Positions 52,401-57,330 of a stretch of DNA of 57,330 nt are shown in pieces. Origin of the DNA: Prasinococcaceae sp. CCMP 1430 (lineage: Eukaryota > Plantae > Prasinodermophyta); the NCBI GenBank assembly GCA_013416795.1, contig RQSC01000001.1, positions 228,605-285,934 on the forward strand. Reading direction: 5' to 3'. The position numbers were made by a program, and so were the translations under genes. Each line of letters opens with the position of its first letter. The stretch's first letter is position 1. The notes under the pieces were generated by a model. It was given only the letters and a program-made list of their open reading frames with translations. It was not told the origin of the DNA and did no database searches.

Positions 52401-54785
52401 CGCCTGGGCGACGCAGCACACGAGGACGCCATCGAGCACTTCACCACCCACCACCGTAGAAATCTCCATCAGGCCGTCGAACAGGTCATCCAGCAGTGGG
52501 AGCAGATCAGCAAACTCCAGGCGATCGAGCACAGGCAGAAAGTGGTTCCATGCGTAAACCGCGGCATTCTGCACAATGACAGCGTCCATGAGCGCCAGGC
52601 CCTTTCGCATGCCTAGCACCAGGCTCGTCGCCACGCGCGCGTGCTCGGGAGGGGCAACCTCGGCCCCACCTCTACGTGCCGCCCTGCGAACTGCGCCGGG
52701 CGCCAGCAGCCGCCCGCTGGCAGCGCGCGCAAGCTGCGCCGATGCCTCGGCGTCGATGAAGCAGGCGTCCGCCTGCATGCGCACGGCCTCCCGGTCGACG
52801 GTCGCGTCCCAGCCGCCCTGTGGCGCCCACGCACCGTCGAGAACACGTAGCGCGGCACGGCGCACGAGCGCAGCGAGCCCAATGCCCCATGCGGCCTTCA
52901 TCACTTCGCACCAAATCCCGAGTCCATCGAAGAGCACACGCTTCGGCGCGTCCTCCTCGGACGACGGTGGAAGCGGTCGTGCGCTCTCGAGCAGTTCGAT
53001 TGCGCGCTCGAGCAGAGAGGAGCGGAGCGCGACGCCCCTCGCGTTGATGCCCTTGCCCTTACCCCCCTCGTCGCGCACACGCTCGATGAGGAGCAGCGCC
53101 TGCTCATGCGCACCCTCCGGCTGGTGGTAGATATCAGAGCGCAGCTTGAGGCGCTTGGCCAGCGGCACCAGGTAGGCGTCCCAAGGGCGGTCCAGGCCCG
53201 TGCGCTCTTTCTCGCCCGCGTCACAAACGTAGTCCAGTGCGAGGCCCTTTTGGCAGTGCACCTGTGCCGTCGAGAGCATGTCCTCGGCCACATCGCAGAG
53301 CGCGAGCTCGAGATGAAGCTTTGCGCGCAGCTCATGCAGCGGTGACGATACGGCGTCGAGCGCACGCGCAGCCGATGCCAGCGGGCGCTGCGCGCGCGCG
53401 CGCAAGTTGGACTGCAGCAGCGGCAGCGCAGCCGTCCAGATGAGCTGGCAACACTCGCTGATGACGCGCACGTCGCGCAGCCGCAGCAGCGACGCGAGCG
53501 TGCTGTCGAGCCTCCTCAGCGCGTCTGTGTGCGTCTGCACGGTGGACGCGGTCAGCTTCACCGGCGGATCGGTCGCCGCGCGCCACAGCAGCGCGGCTAC
53601 GCGTGCCATCTCGCCCTTTGAGCGCGGCAGAAGGGTGGTCGCCTGCGCAGCGCGCGCCGCTCCACTGAGCGCAAGTTCGACGAGGCCCCTTGAGGCCGCA
53701 ACCCACGCCACCTCCGCCACCACGCGCATGCCGATGCCATCAGCTTCCTGGGGCCCGGCCGAGGCTGCCGTTGTTTTGCTGGAGCTTCCGTCGCTGCCCT
53801 TGCCCCCCGTCGCACTCTCCGCCGCCTCGGCACCGGCACTGTCAAGCTCTCGCCAGATGGCCCTCAGCTCGGCCTCAGCGGCAGCGCTGTCGACCGCGGA
53901 GCCCTTCGAGCGCACAGCCTGCAGGCGTGCGATGGCCTGCTGCTCCTTGGATCCATCCGCTGCCGCCTTGGCTGGGTTCAGGTGCGCCTTGAGCGCCCTG
54001 GCAGCCTCCAGCGCGCCGCCGTCCGTGCCCCCTCCATCATCGCCGAGTTGCTGCTCAGGCGCGGCCGCGGCCTTGACCGCGAGCTCGACCGCCTCGGACG
54101 CGTGCTTTGCGGCTTCGTCGGCCTTCGCACCGCCCGAGTCCGCGATGCAGCGCGAGAGCAGTGTGAGATATCTCGCTCGCCACGCGTCCAACCCTGGCAC
54201 GTCCGCCGCGATTCCTGCGAGCGCGCTCACCAGCGGCTCGAGCGTCGGCAGCAGGAGCGGGCGCACGCCATCGCGCTGCAGCTCGCGCGACACGTGCCAG
54301 TAGTGCACGCTACCGTTGTAAACGAGGAAGCCATGGCGTCTGGACGCGCTCCTCGACGCCGCCCGCACGCCCGCGATGATCTGTGACAGTGCCGACAGCG
54401 TGCCGTCCACCAGCGCCTGACCCTTGAGTGACGCGTCGACCAGGTCGCCGTGGTTCACGAGGGCGCTCGCGTAGTGCGCTCGTGGAGCGAATTGATCATC
54501 GCAGCCGTGGGCATCCGAGGCGGAAACGAGCCTGCGATAGGACGCGAGCGCTTCGGCCGCTACGGCACGCTCGCTCAGCGCCAGCGCCACCTCGGCGCAC
54601 CGCACGAGCGTGCCTGGCGCCAGCGGCTGGTGCACGCCCGCGGCCGCGCCGCCAGCAAGGCAGGCCGCGCCCGCCATGCCAGAACGCTCGCGCCGTACCG
54701 CATCCGCCCACACCGCGCGCAGAGCGGCGACCGACCCCTCCGCGAGCGCCCTCTCGAGCGCCAGCCTCACCGCCGCCGGCGTCAT
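46458..54785 (-). CDS. CFAP46: Cilia- and flagella-associated protein 46 (central-pair C1d), single exon, ~2775 aa
   Basis: QFAPRAH, FLVYNGSVHYW, LRAKLHLELA, NAAVYAWN, QLWNAALPF and C-terminal FYGPGPFL...LLDRS resemble CFAP46/TTC40 and the length fits; first ATG at 54785. Confidence 0.8.
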   Translation of the reverse strand: MTPAAVRLALERALAEGSVAALRAVWADAVRRERSGMAGAACLAGGAAAGVHQPLAPGTLVRCAEVALALSERAVAAEALASYRRLVSASDAHGCDDQFAPRAHYASALVNHGDLVDASLKGQALVDGTLSALSQIIAGVRAASRSASRRHGFLVYNGSVHYWHVSRELQRDGVRPLLLPTLEPLVSALAGIAADVPGLDAWRARYLTLLSRCIADSGGAKADEAAKHASEAVELAVKAAAAPEQQLGDDGGGTDGGALEAARALKAHLNPAKAAADGSKEQQAIARLQAVRSKGSAVDSAAAEAELRAIWRELDSAGAEAAESATGGKGSDGSSSKTTAASAGPQEADGIGMRVVAEVAWVAASRGLVELALSGAARAAQATTLLPRSKGEMARVAALLWRAATDPPVKLTASTVQTHTDALRRLDSTLASLLRLRDVRVISECCQLIWTAALPLLQSNLRARAQRPLASAARALDAVSSPLHELRAKLHLELALCDVAEDMLSTAQVHCQKGLALDYVCDAGEKERTGLDRPWDAYLVPLAKRLKLRSDIYHQPEGAHEQALLLIERVRDEGGKGKGINARGVALRSSLLERAIELLESARPLPPSSEEDAPKRVLFDGLGIWCEVMKAAWGIGLAALVRRAALRVLDGAWAPQGGWDATVDREAVRMQADACFIDAEASAQLARAASGRLLAPGAVRRAARRGGAEVAPPEHARVATSLVLGMRKGLALMDAVIVQNAAVYAWNHFLPVLDRLEFADLLPLLDDLFDGLMEISTVVGGEVLDGVLVCCVAQALARAHEHAHFAEAAAATARGDDAEIEWDDADTLKCVNAPAPYKDLLAKASATKQTSERLARAKEVCKAALPLSKGQLKRELVATLARVVSWAGGDAASESLQSGGREGSEDEDSESRAVALIESLSMLPHEGESKEDTQKRKHGTVAAAIKALADSTSASTDVELWARLAAGALNAGDYNRAIECGERAAALAPAPAALFAAAAPPQPGTRPWADSSEAPAQGRCAYWLSVAEGVCGRALVALISPAVQARTAQDALRNRALGRLARACAHGAASGRRDLVTYAARQLWNAALPFAQSKATHCVLTPYLERCTAHLASLASEGGHISDTDPDLPLYIRLYSLLFECLASEKRWSDGAKYADEAFRNLPSSAHKALWEHRIAFMTRLGVDAMGSLGQLHYYEESLQARLWLTLAQASPKRTVQLSAYQKAIECLKEKVWLRVDYMVDYAEWLYLTGLPHADAEDVLLSAADLIIDLEGEDDQYGSNRLMKMTRNARTGSLASSPRLRRSRSQVSILASLENVETPRSRAHSFDDSTIVPGPHPWQQSRFGATTPHSRGPSRAPSRLQIGGNGESPVGDSGNAAMGSGWSQGGSPRRASRLGVPHRRMSVPSIQRPQQLNALHYRLLVRVMVTLAVVTTDTKSRTDFVLLAHHYCVGMLTKCLEEVADAMATSEEEAAFAAKPKAGATPGMSELVVPTTPEAWPRFKLPAAAREALLSSSSDAVISAQSLDRPELLLANLEALWTMLCDMGLHLHSVPVAHAAMLVADAAMKSDHAAVVWRLRLAEQQLELDLAELALETEADALTKTEREVHSLLPAENSTLPTHAVCDASRAVPLSVTADERIVGRDEVRARLAIKDMTNGGRATPFDADRFGRPTPTSDPREVRIDAAKGTMVIQPPSPREAFLARARFLLRRGALREARENLLECLENARAFDDHATVAWCECHLGELELLKGDARAAVRHLEAALAGGGDTFFWRKAAVAYAEACAAIGEHALGVEALREAAAAAERLAEEQPYAEHAARRAAAELAFECARMLVSAALRDAADQRPDRRLITAKGKGFAEHGATRPVTAEKRALSKLAAGVDMLSAAADAFASLGGGPPLVECQLELAKTIGAGAPLLAGDHRKARTQLLRRRDVLLAAATEAASVVAAAKPSREVGGLSLPAERLLARVEAALADVHMELSEASQAAEAADLEAARPAFPFVSGAEEHVGEVRRFLDECIKATSAPPQVLSSDEAAITHAANARALGRGEAAAARCNSKLGMALLRTAVEMRAKFGFAEDGEAGAWPDLEAEAMEEQMGGENEFGTDGEDDQGVDEAAAKARGAAAIAVEGDAQQSDSSQSPARGLWKKSKVLIDAGHQFLLGSKRAMGAATASQAVALLDDACEQALRAREYSVAGPAALRLCAASGKRDAAAAAGWLAMAQGVVARADALALYVTAATPTDNEAMAMRLHEHCVASMPRPESSALAARFATRLSQSKSTWAVMDIHTRPLAALSDAKLPADVRVLILHAPSGEGMLYMAHLSPAKAKQGAEDDDAAEHGFEATVARAPLDEAALASLSADYDKWLERCERSMTASMRRALVVENVQAGEAVGVGAHQGTPDSQADQDGGQEPAEGSGQCTPVDARANADVGVVGGRGADGSIDELQDDRGTSARPRVLADATLDAEWLSLLARTEALLGEQVVRALERAARTADATARAPDADADSEVLSSYVLIADSMLSALPLDAALGVLRQRAVSRDLSVYSLARRAGDGESQAAFDSARGTYVFDPRGQDTASWAAAPGRAAPPAREALAAAGALEHWSGLTGSEESTPSRGELQRALRDTAGAFTFYGPGPFLSHLPPASVAALDLSSLGLAVLLDRSSNDDAMREQMYLNSRKESDLLALEGPHASASLLLARGARCVVLPRAAWPADAQHAALRDLLPALIDPSGGDRGGVARAVRAAEAASRAAAPARFLERHMLVYGLPHAASA

Positions 54786-55429
54786 CGCCGGCACCGCCCG
54801 GGCCCGTGCGCCGCAGGCGCGCCTCCGCCCGCACCCAGCGCGGCAGGCATCGCGGGGACCATCGCATCCGCCGCCGCGGGCGGCATCGACGCCTCCCGGC
54901 GCCGCCTCACGGCGCCACTCTGCCGCCACCCCACCACCCCCTGCGCCCGCCTCCCTCCGCCTCCCCCCCCTCGTGCCGCCGACGCCCCTCCAACGCACGC
55001 CGACAAAATATAAATAAAAATTCGACGGGTGTATGCGTGGAATCCATCACGGTGAAAGCGCGGAAATAATGCATTTAATGTGAATAATTGGCTCCGTTTT
55101 TACGGCTATTCCGCATGATTCCGCGCCGCGGCGCCGTTTCCCGATCCGGCGCGCGAAAAAACGACGCTAAAAAAAAACCGGGCTGGTCAAGGCGCAGGCG
55201 AAGCAGCCGATATGGGACGCCGCTGGCCTGACCCCGGTGTCAGCGCGGCCTGACCGTCTTTCGGGAGGACGTATCGGACGGCGTACCCGGGTTCAGCGGC
55301 GCGAAAGACCCGGTGTAAACGCCGGCCGCGACGCCTGGCCTGCGCTCGTTGATGGGACCCTGAAATTCAACCCGATACCAATGAACCCTAACCCACGCAC
55401 CGGCGGCGGCGCGTGGCGGCAGCGGCAGC

Positions 55430-55922
55430 GCTTGTGTGTGTGCGCGCGCGCGTGTGTGTGTGCGTGCGTGCGCGTGCGCGCGCGTGTGTGCGTGTGTGTG
55501 TGTGTGCGTGTGCGTGCCACAGCGCGCGCGTGCCCCCCCCGCCCCTTCCCATCCCTCCAGCGCGCGCGCCGGCGGCGCGCCGATGGGCGAGCCGCTGAGC
55601 GACGCGCAGGTGAACGCCGCGCTGGGCTGCGACTGCATCGCCGACCTGAGGGCGGGCGCGTGCGGCGCGCCGCTCGTCGAGGCCTTCGGCTGCTACTTGT
55701 GCGTGGGCGGACGCGCGCGAGGCGGCATGCGAGAGAGACTGTGTGTGTGTGTGTGTCTGTGTGTGTGCGTGCGTGCGTGCGTGCGAATGCATTCCTACGT
55801 GCGGCCAGTGAGCTGACCTGTCACTGGCGCTCGAATTGCACGAATCCCTGTGCCATGCACACACACACACACGCGCGCGCGCGCACACACACACACACGC
55901 ACATACGCGCACGCACACGCAC

Positions 55923-55953
<31 letters not shown>

Positions 55954-57180
55954 TGCGCACACGCGCGCGCGCGCACGCAGACGCGCGCAGCACGACGAGG
56001 CCCTCCGCGCACGCGAGTGCGCGGCGGGCTTTGCTGCGCTGCGCGCGTGCATGGTGCGCCATCCGGACGAGTTCGCCGAGCTCGACGTCGCGCGCGCCGT
56101 CGCGGGCGCCGCGGGCGCGGTTGGCGAGCGCAAGTAAACGCAGGCTCGCGCATGCGCACGCGCAAGCGCGAGCGCGTGTGTGCTTGTGTGCATGTGCATG
56201 TGTGTGTGTGTGTGTGCATGTGTGCATGTGTGTGTGTGTGTGTGTGTGTGTGCATGTGTGCATGTGTGTGTGTGCATGTGTGCATGTGTGTGTGCATGTG
56301 TGTGTGTGTCGTACGCGCGCGCGTAGCGCAGGGATCGTACAATTCTGTGCACGCGCGCGCGCGCACGCGCGTGCACGCCCCCCCCCCTCCCTCCGCCTGA
56401 ACCCGCCGACATTGGCACATCTTACAGCAGCGGGCTCACATGAGCCCGCGCGCGCGCGCGTGTATGCTCACGCGCGTGCGGGTGCGCACACGCGCGCGCG
56501 CGCACGCGCGCGCACGCGCGTGCGCGCGCGCTCAGCTCTCCACCCTGCGCATGACGAAGACGTTCTCCTCCTTGGCCGAGCCCCCCTTGGCGTACAGCAC
56601 GCGCGTGTCGACGTCGACGTACGTCAGCCGCCAGGTGCCCACGCGCCCCGGCGGGAAGGCCACGCGCTTGGAGAGGAGGCCGCCCAGCGCCTCGAACGTC
56701 GTGTCGAGGAACTCCACCTCCCTGCAGGAGCGCGGGCGGGTGCGTGTGTGTGTGTGTGTGTGCGGGCGTGAGCGCGAGCGCGAGTGTTCGTGCGAGCACG
56801 TGTGTGTCGCCGACAGCACACGTGCGCGCGCGCGCGCGCGCGCACGCACCAGTTGGCGTCGTCGACGCGCTCGTACGCCGCGGCGAGCGTGACGGTGACG
56901 ACGCCGCTCCAGTCGACGACGTTGCGGTACGCGGCACGGCCGCGCGCGCCCTCGCGCTCCGGCGCGCCCGACTCGTCGAAGAGCTGCGTCACGCGGCCGA
57001 CGAGCGGGCCGACCTGTGCGTGTTTGTGCGCGTAGATGCGTGTGCGCGTGTGAGTGCGTGCGTGTGTGTGCGTATGCGTTGCACGTATGCTTGCAACCGG
57101 TGCGTGTGTGTACGCGACCGATGCGCGCGCGCGCGCATGTGTGTGTGTGTGTGTGTGTACATTCGTGCGTGCATGTGCGC
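55430..57180. repeat. Second block of (GT)n/(CA)n/(GTGTGCAT)-type microsatellites in introns and 3' flanks
   Basis: Directly visible. Confidence 0.9.
55583..56137 (+). CDS. MIA40: Mia40/CHCHD4-like oxidoreductase (90 aa from this ATG); exons 55583-55698 and 55981-56137
   Basis: ALGCDCIADLRAGA-C-X9-C-YLRAQHDEALRARE-C-X9-C; phase-2 intron 55699-55980. An acceptor-like CCCTCCAG at 55560 hints at an upstream exon. Confidence 0.85.
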
Positions 57181-57330
57181 ACCTTGCCCGAGCTGGTGCC
57201 CAGCGAGCTCGTGTACACGAGCTCCCACGCCGTGCCGGCGAGGTCTGCGTCCGCGGGCGCAGCGGTCGGGTTGGCCGCCTCGACCCGCGCGACGAGCGCC
57301 GCGACGTCCGCGCGCTGCGCGTCCGTCGCG
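56532..57330 (-). CDS. PAP/fibrillin-family plastid protein, 5' end outside window; exons ...-57183, 57013-56850, 56721-56532
   Basis: LVARVEAANPT...WELVYTS...SSGK|VGPLVGRVTQ...NW|EVEF...WRLTYVD..TRV; both introns close in frame. Confidence 0.85.
   Translation of the reverse strand, partial: ATDAQRADVAALVARVEAANPTAAPADADLAGTAWELVYTSSLGTSSGKVRTCTHECTHTHTHTCARARIGRVHTRTGCKHTCNAYAHTRTHSHAHTHLRAQTRTGRPARRPRDAALRRVGRAGARGRARPCRVPQRRRLERRRHRHARRGVRARRRRQLVRARARARARVLSATHTCSHEHSRSRSRPHTHTHTRTRPRSCREVEFLDTTFEALGGLLSKRVAFPPGRVGTWRLTYVDVDTRVLYAKGGSAKEENVFVMRRVES

Noticed and set aside
54786-54998. 71-aa N-terminal extension of CFAP46 in the ORF track
   Set aside because: It begins at a non-ATG codon; similarity to CFAP46 starts at the ATG at 54785.

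Overview
Very GC-rich eukaryotic nuclear DNA, not prokaryotic: genes carry GT-AG spliceosomal introns (donors mostly GTGCG/GTGAG), and no operon, cas gene, prophage or transposase was recognised. Plant-like stromal processing peptidase, Mia40, PrdX deacylase and UFSP sequences point to a green-lineage alga, plausibly prasinophyte-grade (inference; species not determinable here). About 25 genes can be reconstructed by hand: organellar Met aminopeptidase, SPP, FKBP-type TPR protein, a nucleotidyltransferase-JmjC fusion, B-box protein, sulfotransferase, an MDR and an ARM/WHEP-like/SDR fusion placed head-to-head, PrdX, a thylakoid-lumen-like gene missing from the ORF track, NAD(P) transhydrogenase, a J-domain protein, tRNA-Ala(CGC), a hybrid histidine kinase, PAQR, UFSP2, intronless CFAP46, a Mia40 with CDC instead of CPC, and a fibrillin. 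The window is a draft scaffold: three single-N joins and two N gaps truncate genes and create chimeric ORFs, and most ORFs in the supplied track are GC-rich shadow or microsatellite artefacts. I cannot support a complete new multi-gene system. The best leads are the NTase-JmjC fusion, an alternating palindromic hairpin array beside the tRNA, the ARM/WHEP/SDR fusion, self-complementary (GT)n...(CA)n introns and the hidden lumen gene. All family assignments come from motif recognition by eye, not database searches.
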